Source: Candidatus Kaiserbacteria bacterium (GTDB lineage Bacteria > Patescibacteriota > Minisyncoccia > Phycocordibacterales > UBA918). Taken from it: 64,000 nucleotides of DNA. Of this stretch, positions 8,126-18,623 are shown piece after piece. Made by a program: the position numbers and the translations under genes. The notes under the pieces were generated by a model. The model worked only from the letters and a program-made list of their open reading frames with translations. It was not told the DNA's origin and did not search any database. The stretch is from contig JANPCG010000006.1 of assembly GCA_031430855.1 (NCBI GenBank), forward strand, positions 2,531 to 66,530, read 5' to 3'. Each line of letters opens with the position of its first letter. Within the stretch, counting starts at the first letter, position 1.

Positions 8126-10972
8126 ATGCATAAAAAATTTGATTCCACCCAGATTGAAAAGAAATGGCAAGAGCGATGGAAAGAAAGTGGAATCTATACC
8201 GTCGGAGAACGAGACGTAACAAAACCTAAAGAGTATGTCCTGGTTGAATGGCCGTACCCGTCAGGAAACCTCCACATTGGACACTGGTATGCCTTTGCCG
8301 TCCCTGATATCTATGCGCGCTTTAAGCGCATGAAGGGAACCCAGGTCTTATTTCCGATGGGTTTTGACGCCTTTGGACTCCCGGCAGAAAATGCGGCTAT
8401 TAAGCGCAATTTAGATCCTAAGGCGTGGACGAACGACAACATCGCCTACATGCGTGAACAACTCATTTCAATGGGCTGCAGTTTTTCCTGGGACAAAACC
8501 GCCAATTCGACTGATGCTGACTATTACAAATGGACCCAGTGGATGTTCACGCAGTTTTTTGAGCGGGGAATTGCGTATCGTGGTAAGGGAGTGGTTAATT
8601 GGTGTCCGGGATGTAACACAGTGATTGCAAACGAACAGGTACTAACTGACGGAACCTGTGAACGCTCAGGTGATGTGGTAGAGAAGCGAGAAATGCCGCA
8701 ATGGATGCTCAAGATTACAGAGTATGCTGACCGTCTGACTGATGACCTCAATGCGCTTGATTGGCCAGAACATATTAAAGAAGCCCAGCGGCAGTGGATC
8801 GGCCGCAGTCGCGGGGCGAAGATTGATTTTAAGCTTTCAACTGGTGACACTGTTACCGTATTTACTACTCGACCTGACACGTTATTCGGAGCAACATATG
8901 TTGTCCTTGCACCTGAACACCCACTTCTACAAAATGACAAGGTACGAGGCGAGACCTCGAACTTGACGGAGGTTAATAATTATATTACTACTGCGAAGCA
9001 AAAAGATGAACAAGATCGGCTCGATGCCACAAAAGAAAAGACTGGGGTAAAACTCGAAGGGATTACCGCTATTAATCCCGCGAGCGGGGAAGCGATTCCC
9101 GTCTACGTGGCCGACTATGTACTCGGCGGGTATGGCACCGGAGCCATTATGGCCGTACCAGCGCATGATGAACGAGACTATGCCTTTGCAACGAAGTTTG
9201 GGCTACCAATAAAACAAGTAGTTGTGCCGTGTGCTAATGATTCAAAAAACCCACCGCAGTCTGGGTATGAAGAAGTAAAACGAGATACTGTCATCATACA
9301 TCTACGCGACAAGAGTACCGGTAAATTTGCACTCTTAAATTGGCACGGTACTCTCGAAGGAATCACTACAGCAATTATGGGTGGTATTGAAGAAGGGCAA
9401 ACTCCAGAGGAAGCTGCGCTAGCGGAAATAAAAGAAGAAGCTGCTCTAGATAATGTAAAAATCGTTCATTCACTCAAATGGATTACCGCGGCAAAATATT
9501 GCGCCTCACATAAAAAACAAAATCGCTGTGCCCACACCTATACCTTTTTAGGTGAAGTAGAAAATCTCGAACAGCAGGGCTCTATTCCAGAAGCAGAAAA
9601 TTCTCTACATACGTTAGTCTGGGTAGAAAAGACTCAGGTTCTCGCTAAACTTACACCTGATCATCAAAAGCAGGTTTGGGAATTACTCCAAAAGGATACC
9701 GTTTTGACCGGAGCTGGCTATTTAATGAACTCAGGTGAATTTAATGGAATGGATTCAGACGAAGCGAAGGAAAAAATTGTTGCGCAAGTGGGAGGGGAAA
9801 TGACCTCAACCTATCGAATTCGTGATTGGTCAATTGGACGACAGCGATACTGGGGTGTTCCGATTCCAATTGTATATTCACCAGAAGGAGTAGCTCACAT
9901 TGTTCCTAAGGAACATTTGCCGTGGGTACTCCCCGAAGACGTCGATTTTAAACCGACCGGTGTCGCGCCACTCGCTAAAAGTGAAGCGCTAAGGAAACGA
10001 ACTGAGGAAATCTTTGGTGTTGGATGGACACCGGAAGTCGAAACCATGGATACGTTTGTCGATTCATCATGGTATTTCCTACGGTATCTTGATAACGCGA
10101 ATCCTGACTCTCTCTCATCGCTTGAAGCCCAAAAGAACTGGATGCCAATCGATATCTACTTTGGAGGGGCTGAACACACCACAATGCACTTACTCTACTC
10201 GCGCTTCTGGCAAAAGGCACTCTTTGACCTGGGGCTCGTGACTGAAACAGAACCCTATCGTCGACGAATTAACCGTGGACTCATCCTTGGGCCAGACGGA
10301 AACAAAATGAGCAAGAGCAAAGGCAACGTCATCGATCCTGATGCCCAGGTAGCTTTGGTCGGGTCAGACACGGTCAAAATGTACCTCGCCTTTATGGGAC
10401 CATACGAGGGAAGCAACTACCCGTTTGACCTCGGTGGAATTGCTGGTTTGCGTCGTTTCTTGGAGCGTGCGTACGGGCTACGTGATCATATTATCCCGAA
10501 TGAACCACTCACTGTCACCAAGCAACTCCACAAAACCATTGCCAAAGTAAACACTGATATTGTTGAATTTAAGTTCAATACGGCCATTAGTGCCATGATG
10601 ATATTTGTAAATCTCGCCGAAAAGGAAGGGTTAACCGAAGAAACTTACCGAATGTTTACACGACTTTTAGCACCATTTGCCCCGCATATTACTGAAGAAA
10701 TCTGGACTGAATTGGGGGAGACAACATCAATCCACTTAACGGAGTACCCGACGGCAAACCCGGAACTGGCACGCGATACTGAAGTTGTTATTGGAGTGCA
10801 AATTAACGGTAAATTACGAGGAGATATCACACTTAGCCCAAACGCAAGCGAAGCGGAAGCACTCAATATGGTAAAAGAAAATCCTGTTCTCAGGACCAGG
10901 CTAGAGGGAATCACACCGAATAAAGTCATCTACGTGCCCGGGAAAATCATCAACCTCATCCTTCCGACCTAG
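8126..10972 (+). CDS. leuS: Leucine--tRNA ligase with inserted NUDIX-like domain
   Basis: PYPSGNLHIGH, FTTRPDT, GTGAIMAVPAHDERD, RQRYWG, KMSKSKGN; ~150-aa insert containing GGIEEGQTPEEAALAEIKEEAAL. Confidence 0.97.
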   Translation: MHKKFDSTQIEKKWQERWKESGIYTVGERDVTKPKEYVLVEWPYPSGNLHIGHWYAFAVPDIYARFKRMKGTQVLFPMGFDAFGLPAENAAIKRNLDPKAWTNDNIAYMREQLISMGCSFSWDKTANSTDADYYKWTQWMFTQFFERGIAYRGKGVVNWCPGCNTVIANEQVLTDGTCERSGDVVEKREMPQWMLKITEYADRLTDDLNALDWPEHIKEAQRQWIGRSRGAKIDFKLSTGDTVTVFTTRPDTLFGATYVVLAPEHPLLQNDKVRGETSNLTEVNNYITTAKQKDEQDRLDATKEKTGVKLEGITAINPASGEAIPVYVADYVLGGYGTGAIMAVPAHDERDYAFATKFGLPIKQVVVPCANDSKNPPQSGYEEVKRDTVIIHLRDKSTGKFALLNWHGTLEGITTAIMGGIEEGQTPEEAALAEIKEEAALDNVKIVHSLKWITAAKYCASHKKQNRCAHTYTFLGEVENLEQQGSIPEAENSLHTLVWVEKTQVLAKLTPDHQKQVWELLQKDTVLTGAGYLMNSGEFNGMDSDEAKEKIVAQVGGEMTSTYRIRDWSIGRQRYWGVPIPIVYSPEGVAHIVPKEHLPWVLPEDVDFKPTGVAPLAKSEALRKRTEEIFGVGWTPEVETMDTFVDSSWYFLRYLDNANPDSLSSLEAQKNWMPIDIYFGGAEHTTMHLLYSRFWQKALFDLGLVTETEPYRRRINRGLILGPDGNKMSKSKGNVIDPDAQVALVGSDTVKMYLAFMGPYEGSNYPFDLGGIAGLRRFLERAYGLRDHIIPNEPLTVTKQLHKTIAKVNTDIVEFKFNTAISAMMIFVNLAEKEGLTEETYRMFTRLLAPFAPHITEEIWTELGETTSIHLTEYPTANPELARDTEVVIGVQINGKLRGDITLSPNASEAEALNMVKENPVLRTRLEGITPNKVIYVPGKIINLILPT

Positions 10973-10987
10973 GTTTGTGGCGATGTG

Positions 10988-11016
10988 TTGACGTAAATCA
11001 ATTGGCATGATATAAA
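10988..11016 (+). promoter_or_regulatory. Sigma70-type promoter
   Basis: TTGACG-17 nt-TATAAA with upstream TG. Confidence 0.55.
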
Positions 11017-11081
11017 TGCATTACAAAAAAGCAGAGGGAAATAAACGAAGCAATTAATTTTTAGAAACTACCACTTTAAGT

Positions 11082-12107
11082 ATGATTACGTTTAAACCAA
11101 AACAAGTAACCAAAAAACTTCTCTCTCAACTGCCAGAACGCGCACGTGATGTTCTCATCAAGCGCTACGGTCTTGGAGCTGATAATGAAACCTTCACCCT
11201 TGAAGCCATTGGACAATCATACGGGATCACTCGTGAGCGAGTTCGTCAGATCGAAAACTACGGTATTGCTTCAGTCCAGAAGTCACCTGTCTATGCGGAA
11301 CACGCAGAGTTATTTCTCGAGCTCCAGACTTTAATTCAACAAATGGGAGGTGGCGTCGTTGCTGAACACGTGCTTTTAGATAGTTTGGCGCCTGATGAAG
11401 CCACTCGAAATCATCTCTATTTCCTCCTCGTGGTAGGGGACGCTTTCTACAAAGGCAAGGAAAACCCACTCTATACCCACCGTTGGTTTACGGAAAAGAA
11501 AATTGCTGAAACAGTTGAAAAAGCTTTACGGAACGTTTACGGTACCCTCAATCGCGATGATTTGGTCAGTGAAGCTGAAATCCTCAATCGTTTCCGCACT
11601 GAATTGATTGAAGTGGCTGAAAAGCATGATGACGAGACTTTGAAGCGATGGCTCATGATCTCAAAGCAAATTGCCCAAAACCCACTCGGTGACTGGGGAC
11701 CAAGCGATAGTCCAAACGTGCGCGTGAAGGGAATTCGTGATTACGCATATCTCGCAGTAAAGCGCCATGGTTCACCAATGCACTTCAAAGAAGTATCCGA
11801 ATCAATCAAGGAGCTATTCAAGCATAAGGCACACGTCGCAACTACCCACAACGAACTTATCAAAGATGCCCGTTTTGTCCTCGTTGGTCGAGGTCTCTAC
11901 GCACTCACAGAGTGGGGCTACACGGCAGGTGTTGTCAAAGACGTCCTCCGCGAAATCCTCCAGAACGAAGGCCCCCTCTCACGCGAAGAATTGATTGATA
12001 AGGTACGTAAGGAACGATACGTAAAAGACAACACCATTGTGGTCAATCTCCAAGATACCAATCTCTTCAAGCGGCTCAGTAACGGTACTTACACCATCGC
12101 TGAATAA
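11082..12107 (+). CDS. Sigma-70 region 4 HTH plus winged-helix (RNAP delta/HARE-HTH-like) protein
   Basis: RYGL...TLEAIGQSYGITRERVRQIE; C-terminal PMHF..V...THNELIKDARFVLVGRGLYALTEWG. Confidence 0.8.
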   Translation: MITFKPKQVTKKLLSQLPERARDVLIKRYGLGADNETFTLEAIGQSYGITRERVRQIENYGIASVQKSPVYAEHAELFLELQTLIQQMGGGVVAEHVLLDSLAPDEATRNHLYFLLVVGDAFYKGKENPLYTHRWFTEKKIAETVEKALRNVYGTLNRDDLVSEAEILNRFRTELIEVAEKHDDETLKRWLMISKQIAQNPLGDWGPSDSPNVRVKGIRDYAYLAVKRHGSPMHFKEVSESIKELFKHKAHVATTHNELIKDARFVLVGRGLYALTEWGYTAGVVKDVLREILQNEGPLSREELIDKVRKERYVKDNTIVVNLQDTNLFKRLSNGTYTIAE

Positions 12108-12180
12108 GCTACCTGATTTCACCTTTTTGACCACAGTTTAACGTGCGAGAGTAGGCGGAGGTAAGGTACAATACTCACAC

Positions 12181-13515
12181 ATGGACGATATACTTAAAAT
12201 CCTCGGCGGCGCAATTATGGGTCCACTACTCGTACTGGTGGCCCTCTTTGTATTTAAATTTACCTTTGACTTAGTCGGGGTCAGCCCGGAACCGATTTTT
12301 GCTTTTATTATTGCACTGTCACCGGTTTGGGTACCGTTTTTATTGTTTTACCTCTTTTATGAAAAGTGGGTGGAATACACGCGTCTTAAATTTTCCATTA
12401 GCCAAGGCCGCTCAACACTTCGCATTAAACTACCACAAGAAGTACTCAAGTCTCCCGAAGCAATGGAGAGTGTGATGGCACAGATTCATAACACCAACGG
12501 AGCGGATAACTTAATGCAGATATACATCGATGGTAAACATCCGCTCACGTACAGTTTTGAGCTCGTCTCCTTTGGGGGTGATGTGCGCTTTTATGTAAAT
12601 GTTCCGACCAAAAAAATTAAGAATCAAATCGAGGCACAATTGTATGCCCAATACCCGGGTATCGAAGTAGTTGAAGAAATGATTGACTACACCTCAGAAG
12701 TAGTTTGGGACCCCGAACAGTGGGAGATGATGTCTTTTCATATGGGTAAAAAAGACGATCAAGTATACCCGATTAAGACCTACATTGATTTTGGGATGGA
12801 TAAACTGCCAAAAGAAGAGCTTAAATTTGAACCAATGGCTGCTATGCTCGAGCAATTGAGTACCTACAAGCCGCATGAACGAGTATGGGTACAAATTTTG
12901 TGTAAACCACACGCCAAACAAAATTTTAAAACGGGAAGTCTCCATAAACACGACACTTGGGAAGGGGAGGTATTTGAGGCAATTGATAAACTGATGGGAC
13001 GAGGACACTTCAAAAAGAATACCCTTAATCCAGAAGAACGAGAAGATCAGCCACGATTAACTACCGGAGAACGAGATAAGATTGTTGCAATGGAGCGAAA
13101 TGTCGGAAAATATGCCTACGAAACTGCTATCCGTTGGATGTATATTGCAAAAAAAGGGAATTTTGATGGCAATGCGATTGCACCGATGATTCGTACGTTT
13201 GCCCAGTATGACGTCCTAAAACGAAATGCAATCGGAGCGCGCTGGCGAACTGATTTTAACTATAATGTTTTTTCTGACTACTCAGGCAAAAAGAAAATGC
13301 GCCTCAAGAAAAGTGAGTTAGCTGATTACAAACAACGTCGGTATACTGTCCGTGAATCTGTAAGCGGTATTGATGCACCAAAGATATTTACCGTCGAGGA
13401 GTTAGCTACCATGTTTCATATTCCCGGTAGTTCAGTAGTTACGCCAGGCCTCGCACGCATTCCATCGACTCGTAAAGAAGCCCCACCAAATCTTCCAACC
13501 GGTAATCCACAATAA
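12181..13515 (+). CDS. Conserved membrane-anchored protein resembling the N-terminal part of CPR VirD4/T4SS-associated proteins
   Basis: Two N-terminal TMs; SFELVS..G.VRFY, IEAQLYAQYP.IEV, YPIKTY and EELATMFHIP motifs; no P-loop. Confidence 0.6.
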   Translation: MDDILKILGGAIMGPLLVLVALFVFKFTFDLVGVSPEPIFAFIIALSPVWVPFLLFYLFYEKWVEYTRLKFSISQGRSTLRIKLPQEVLKSPEAMESVMAQIHNTNGADNLMQIYIDGKHPLTYSFELVSFGGDVRFYVNVPTKKIKNQIEAQLYAQYPGIEVVEEMIDYTSEVVWDPEQWEMMSFHMGKKDDQVYPIKTYIDFGMDKLPKEELKFEPMAAMLEQLSTYKPHERVWVQILCKPHAKQNFKTGSLHKHDTWEGEVFEAIDKLMGRGHFKKNTLNPEEREDQPRLTTGERDKIVAMERNVGKYAYETAIRWMYIAKKGNFDGNAIAPMIRTFAQYDVLKRNAIGARWRTDFNYNVFSDYSGKKKMRLKKSELADYKQRRYTVRESVSGIDAPKIFTVEELATMFHIPGSSVVTPGLARIPSTRKEAPPNLPTGNPQ

Positions 13516-13518
13516 TGT

Positions 13519-14538
13519 ATGGCGACTGAATTAGACACAGAGCTCCCCTTGGGAGCATCGGGGGCGCGTGCAAAAAAGAGTATTTATAGGCGACTGGTAA
13601 CAATTTTAATGCTATTTCTTGGATTAACGTTACTCGTAACCTACATTATTCTAACTAAACTCGCTGCTGCGCCTGACAATTTCCCGTTAGGTACTACGGT
13701 TACTGTTCTACCTGGTTCGGGAGTACGAGATATTGCACTCACGATGCGCGAAGCAGGAGTCGTTCAGTCAGAGATGATGTTGTATTTCGCTATTGTGCTG
13801 TACCACGATCCTACCACCCTGAAAGCCGGCACCTACAAGTTTGAAGAAATTATGGATGTCTATAGTATTGCTGAAACCCTCACAAAGGGTGACTTTGATG
13901 CTGATTTAATTTCATTTACGCACCGTGAAGGAGAGTCGGTTGAAGACGTAGCCTTACGCGCCGCTGAGACCCTACTGAATTTTGACGCTGCAGTGTTCAT
14001 GGCTCTGGCCACTTCGTACGAAGGGAAATTATTTCCTGAAACCTACCGCATTCCAACTACCTTCACTGAACAAGAACTGTTCGATAAAATGCGAGCCCTT
14101 TATGAAGAAACACTTACTCCACTGCGAACCAAAATTGCCGAAAGCGGACTCACCGAAGCCGAAGTTATCATCCTCGCGTCAATCATCGAGCGCGAGGCTA
14201 ATTCTCCGGAATCCATGCAGATGGTCGCTGGAATCCTCCGTAACCGTTTGAATGAAGATATGTATCTCCAAGTCGACGCCTCGATTGAATACGCCCTGCA
14301 TAAAACCCTCGCGGAATTAACTCCCGAAGATTTAAAAATTGATTCACCGTACAATACTTATACCAACCCTGGATTGCCGCCCACTCCGATTGGTAACCCT
14401 GGCCTTACCTCAATCATGGCCGTACTTGAGCCAACGTCTTCTGAATACTTTTTCTATATTACTGATGAGGATGGGGATTTCCACTACGCCCGCACGTTTG
14501 ATGAACACAAAGTAAATATTGCTCGCTATTTGCGTTAA
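13519..14538 (+). CDS. mltG: Endolytic transglycosylase MltG
   Basis: EGKLFPETY, LASIIERE, LQVDAS, SPYNTY..PGLPPTPIGNPG. Confidence 0.96.
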   Translation: MATELDTELPLGASGARAKKSIYRRLVTILMLFLGLTLLVTYIILTKLAAAPDNFPLGTTVTVLPGSGVRDIALTMREAGVVQSEMMLYFAIVLYHDPTTLKAGTYKFEEIMDVYSIAETLTKGDFDADLISFTHREGESVEDVALRAAETLLNFDAAVFMALATSYEGKLFPETYRIPTTFTEQELFDKMRALYEETLTPLRTKIAESGLTEAEVIILASIIEREANSPESMQMVAGILRNRLNEDMYLQVDASIEYALHKTLAELTPEDLKIDSPYNTYTNPGLPPTPIGNPGLTSIMAVLEPTSSEYFFYITDEDGDFHYARTFDEHKVNIARYLR

Positions 14539-14571
14539 TAAAGCACGACGTGGTAGCGTACCAAGACGCGT

Positions 14572-15621
14572 ATGAATCAACCAAAAAAAGTATTTGTTGG
14601 GCTCTCTGGTGGCGTTGATTCTTCAGTCGCTGCCAAACGACTTTTAGCGTCTGGCTATAACGTTACGGGGGTGTTTATAAAGGTCTGGCACCCAGATTTT
14701 TTGGTATGTAACTGGGAAGCCGAACGACTTGATGCCATGCGTGTCGCCGCTCGCTTAAGGATTCCATTTTTGACGTGTGACGCTGAGGCGACCTACCGTG
14801 ACGCGGTGGCTGCATATTTCATTGAAAGTTATCGGGCAGGCAAGACACCCAACCCAGATGTGATGTGCAACAAGGAGGTCAAATTTGGCGCTTTTATGAA
14901 GTTCGCAGAAGCGCACGGCGCGGATTACATTGCAACGGGACACTACGCTCAGCATATTAGTGACACCCTCGTTCGCGGTATTGATACGAACAAAGACCAG
15001 AGTTATTTTTTGTGGACACTCACCCCTGAACAATTAGCGTATACACTCCTGCCGGTTGGTAACAGTACTAAAGACGTCATTCGTGCGGAAGCGAAAGCGG
15101 CAGGGTTACTGACAGCGGAAAAGAAAGATAGTCAGGGCATTTGTTTCTTGGGTCACGTTGATATTCCTGACTTTTTATCGCACTACATCACCCTTACTCC
15201 AGGGAACGTTCTAAATGAAGCGGGCGAGGTAGTAGGAACACACCGTGGAGCATTTGTGTACACTATTGGTCAACGACAGGGATTCACGCTCGAGACGAAA
15301 GACAGCAACCGTACCCCGCATTACGTGATATATAAAGACATAACAGCCAACACTATTACCGTATCAGCAACCCAACCTACCCAAGCAGTATCAAGTTCCA
15401 TCCTCCTCGGCACAATAACGCTTCGTCGTAACATCACGGTGGGCAATACCTTTTCAGCCCAGAGTCGATATCGGCAAACGCCGTTTACAGTTACCGTCAT
15501 CGCTATTTCTGACGAAACAATTACGCTCGAAATTAATGACACCACGGAAGCTGTAGCCGCTGGACAATCCTGTGTATTATATGACCATGATGTGTGTGTC
15601 GGTGGTGGTATGATTCTGTAG
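14572..15621 (+). CDS. mnmA: tRNA 2-thiouridylase MnmA
   Basis: SGGVDSSV, TPNPDVMCN, ATGHY, KDQSYFL, DSQGICF. Confidence 0.97.
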   Translation: MNQPKKVFVGLSGGVDSSVAAKRLLASGYNVTGVFIKVWHPDFLVCNWEAERLDAMRVAARLRIPFLTCDAEATYRDAVAAYFIESYRAGKTPNPDVMCNKEVKFGAFMKFAEAHGADYIATGHYAQHISDTLVRGIDTNKDQSYFLWTLTPEQLAYTLLPVGNSTKDVIRAEAKAAGLLTAEKKDSQGICFLGHVDIPDFLSHYITLTPGNVLNEAGEVVGTHRGAFVYTIGQRQGFTLETKDSNRTPHYVIYKDITANTITVSATQPTQAVSSSILLGTITLRRNITVGNTFSAQSRYRQTPFTVTVIAISDETITLEINDTTEAVAAGQSCVLYDHDVCVGGGMIL

Positions 15622-16463
15622 TGTCATATAAGGTAACGAAGGCAGACGGAAGTACCGAGTACTTTAACGTTGAAAAACTACGGCGCTCCCTAAGGCGAGC
15701 AGGCGCCACTCCGGATGAGATCCGCGAGGTAATTATTGTGATTGAACAAAATCTTTATGACGGGATTAAAACGCAAGAAATTTACCGTCACGCCTTTGAA
15801 CTAATCCGTAGAGCAGAGCAGCCTGCCGCTGCCCGCTATTCCCTCAGACGAGCCCTGTTTGGACTCGGACCAACTGGGTTTCCCTTTGAAAAATTTTTAG
15901 GGAAATTATTTGAGGCCGATGGCTACAATACCCGCACGGGGATAATCATTCGTGGCAAATGCGCTCCTCATGAAATAGATATCGCAGCGTACAAGAGTGA
16001 TCATAGTTTTGTGGGAGAGGCTAAATTCCATGCCCGGCCCGGCATCAAAACTGATTTGCAAGTTGCCATGTATTCATACGCGCGGCTCTTAGACTTACGT
16101 GAAGCCCGGATTTGTACCGATGATATTTGTGGCATCACCGAATTTTGGCTCATTACCAATACCAAATTTACCTCAACCGCCGAAGAATACGGTGCGTGCG
16201 TTGGTATCAATATGCTGAGCTGGGACTATCCCCGCAAAGACAATCTCCATGACCGGATTCAACGAGCGGGCATCTACCCCATTACCGTCCTTCATACCTT
16301 AACGAGTAGCCAGATTGCTACCCTCATTTCTTTTGACGTTATCCTCGTCCGTGATTTAGTTGATAAACCACACGTATTGCGACGGCTACATCTGAGCGTA
16401 AGCAAGCATGAAGCGGTCATGGCCGAAGCCTCTGGTATCACGTCGAGTCACATAAGCCGCTGA
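15621..16463 (+). CDS. ATP-cone domain plus restriction-endonuclease-like (Mrr-type) domain protein
   Basis: VTKADG..E.F..EKLRRSL ATP cone; GFPFEK, EIDI..EAKFH and LITNTKFT; probable GTG start at 15621. Confidence 0.8.
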   Translation: MSYKVTKADGSTEYFNVEKLRRSLRRAGATPDEIREVIIVIEQNLYDGIKTQEIYRHAFELIRRAEQPAAARYSLRRALFGLGPTGFPFEKFLGKLFEADGYNTRTGIIIRGKCAPHEIDIAAYKSDHSFVGEAKFHARPGIKTDLQVAMYSYARLLDLREARICTDDICGITEFWLITNTKFTSTAEEYGACVGINMLSWDYPRKDNLHDRIQRAGIYPITVLHTLTSSQIATLISFDVILVRDLVDKPHVLRRLHLSVSKHEAVMAEASGITSSHISR

Positions 16464-16551
16464 AAGCCAGCCATTGTCAATATTGCTGCCTCAAATGCGG
16501 TGGTATACTGGACGGTATTAATCTTTATTTCAGCAATTCATAACAAGTTAT

Positions 16552-17082
16552 ATGGCAGAACAAAAAGAAGAAAACCAAAAGACGATTGTTTCATTCGTTG
16601 TAGGACTCTTAATCGGTGGACTATTAGTTTGGGCATTTAGTGGTGACGCCGACAACAAGCCAGTTGATACCAAGAAGGATAACGACAAAGAAATGGCGAC
16701 CGATAAAGAAAAGGAAACAGGTGAGACTGAAGAAGCAATGGAAGAAGAGGTGGCTCCAGTTCTCCCTGTCGGTGATGGCGCAGCGAGTGTTGATAGTACA
16801 GCCGCCGGGATGACGGTAAGTCTCAAAGATGTAACGTTTCCATCAGCCGAAGGTTGGGTAGGTATCCGTGATTACAATGACGGTAAACTTGGTTTACTTA
16901 AAGGCGTAGCCCGTTTCAGTAGTGAACAAGGACTCAATCCAACTGAAGTAACCCTCCAAAGTCCAACTATCAGTGGAAAAGAATACGCAGTGGTCTTCTA
17001 CTCAGAAAGTGGTGACCGTAAGTTCAATTTGGCTGAGGATGTGCAAATCGCCAAGGAGTTTGCTACCTTCACTGCAAAATAG
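16552..17082 (+). CDS. Membrane-anchored hypothetical protein
   Basis: Single N-terminal TM, acidic linker and beta-rich domain (GWVGI...GD.KF...D). Confidence 0.75.
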   Translation: MAEQKEENQKTIVSFVVGLLIGGLLVWAFSGDADNKPVDTKKDNDKEMATDKEKETGETEEAMEEEVAPVLPVGDGAASVDSTAAGMTVSLKDVTFPSAEGWVGIRDYNDGKLGLLKGVARFSSEQGLNPTEVTLQSPTISGKEYAVVFYSESGDRKFNLAEDVQIAKEFATFTAK

Positions 17083-17086
17083 GTAA

Positions 17087-17207
17087 TTTATTAGTAAAAC
17101 ACTTTACTGCTTTGTCGCTACGACTTTCTCAGCACTCGCTGTACATCCAGTACGTCTTGCACTGAGAAAATCTATGCTCCTCGCATTAAAGCGTTTTCCA
17201 AAATAAA
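17087..17207. repeat. Long-hairpin element, copy 2 (opposite orientation to 5331)
   Basis: Reverse complement core gacgtactggatgtacagcgag matches gacacgtacttttgtacggcgag at 5382; stem tttctcag/ctgagaaa. Confidence 0.65.
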
Positions 17208-17232
17208 CAATCTTTGCAATCAGTGATTTTTA

Positions 17233-17259
17233 AGAAAAGCCTCCTTCGGGGGCTTTTCT
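17233..17259 (+). terminator. Intrinsic terminator
   Basis: agaaaagcctcc-ttc-gggggcttttct. Confidence 0.65.
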
Positions 17260-17296
17260 GTTGTCTAAAGCGGCGCATGATATACTACCCATACCT

Positions 17297-18082
17297 ATGG
17301 CTGAATACACTAAACGATATAACCCAAACCGAATGGCAGACTGGAACTATGGCGGAGCCAAATGGCGTTTGTCGCGCTCAAAAATAGACTTTTTTATCGA
17401 GTGTCCACGGTGTTTCTATATCGACAATAAACTCGGGACCAAACGACCGGGCATGCCGAGCTTTAATCTCAATATCACGGTTGATGAATTATTTAAAAAA
17501 GAATTTGATGTTCACCGCACTGCCGGTACGCCTCATCCCATTATGACCGAGTACAACATCGACGCGGTACCCTTCAAGCATAAAGACATGGATGTCTGGC
17601 GAGACCCCTTTGTTGGTCTCGAATACAAAGACCCAGTAACCGGTCTCACGGTTTCCGGGGGAGTAGATGATATCTGGCAACATAGCGATGGAACGCTTAT
17701 TGTCGTTGATTATAAAGCGACCAGCAAAGACGGAAAAATCACGAGCCTCTCTGATTCTGCCTGGGAAGCCCAGTACGAACGTCAAATCGGTGTCTACCAA
17801 TGGCTCTTAACCAAGATGGGATTTCCGATCCATCCGATGGGTTACTTCGTGTACGCAAATGCCTTAAAGACCCCGGACGGTTTCCATAACACACTCCAAT
17901 TTGAAACCACCTTGATCCCGTGCACTGGTGACACCTCATGGATAGAGGGAACCTTAGCCAACATTAAAGCTTGTCTCGAGAGTGATAATTATCCCGAAAC
18001 TGGTTCCGCCTGTGAGTACTGCCCGTATCGTGCAGCTACCGGTCAGAAACTTTTAGCCATCCATGCCAAACACAAAAAATAG
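17297..18082 (+). CDS. PD-(D/E)XK nuclease (Cas4/AddB-like, four Cys)
   Basis: LSRSKI..F.ECPRCF, GGVDD..IVVDYK, QIGVY and C-terminal CEYCPY. Confidence 0.88.
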   Translation: MAEYTKRYNPNRMADWNYGGAKWRLSRSKIDFFIECPRCFYIDNKLGTKRPGMPSFNLNITVDELFKKEFDVHRTAGTPHPIMTEYNIDAVPFKHKDMDVWRDPFVGLEYKDPVTGLTVSGGVDDIWQHSDGTLIVVDYKATSKDGKITSLSDSAWEAQYERQIGVYQWLLTKMGFPIHPMGYFVYANALKTPDGFHNTLQFETTLIPCTGDTSWIEGTLANIKACLESDNYPETGSACEYCPYRAATGQKLLAIHAKHKK

Positions 18083-18344
18083 CCTACCGGAGACATTTAC
18101 AGACTCCGTCAAACGGATAGTCAGGGAAATCCCCAAAGGGGAAGTCCGGACCTATAAAGACATTGCGGGAGCGGCTAAAAATCCCCGGGCAGCGCGTGCC
18201 GTTGCGAACATCATGGCAGCAAACTATGACCCGACCGTACCGTGTCACCGTGTCATTCGAACTGACGGCACCCTGGGTGGATACAATCGTGGAGGAACTG
18301 CCGCAAAACGTGCTATATTAGCGAGTGAGGGAGTTGTTATATAA
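18063..18344 (+). CDS. Methylated-DNA--protein-cysteine methyltransferase (MGMT) family, DNA-binding domain only
   Basis: IPKGEVRTY..IA...PRAARAV, active-site PCHRV, and K..L..EG. Confidence 0.92.
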   Translation: MPNTKNSLPETFTDSVKRIVREIPKGEVRTYKDIAGAAKNPRAARAVANIMAANYDPTVPCHRVIRTDGTLGGYNRGGTAAKRAILASEGVVI

Positions 18345-18351
18345 CACTATT

Positions 18352-18612
18352 ATGTATCAAGATACTGAATTAGAAAGACTCGAAGACACTCGTGATCACA
18401 ACATCACTGAGCAGACTAAGGTGTTACGTGAGATTGAAAAAGCTCGTGATCGACTCGAGGATGAGTTAGATCGGGTGAAGCGTGATTGGGGTGGAAAACT
18501 CAGACGTCATGAGGAGGATTTAACCCGTCTTCATGAACAATTACCCCAATTGACGGTAAGAATTAATGCGCGCAAAAACCAAATAGAGCGCGAGCAGGGA
18601 GACAAAAAATAA
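18352..18612 (+). CDS. Small coiled-coil hypothetical protein
   Basis: 86 aa, charged heptad pattern, sits between two + strand genes. Confidence 0.6.
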   Translation: MYQDTELERLEDTRDHNITEQTKVLREIEKARDRLEDELDRVKRDWGGKLRRHEEDLTRLHEQLPQLTVRINARKNQIEREQGDKK

Positions 18613-18623
18613 TCCAAACTTTT

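Noticed and set aside
17297-18082. Cas4-like nuclease as evidence of CRISPR-Cas
   Set aside because: No repeat-spacer array or other cas gene in the window; solo PD-(D/E)XK nucleases are common.
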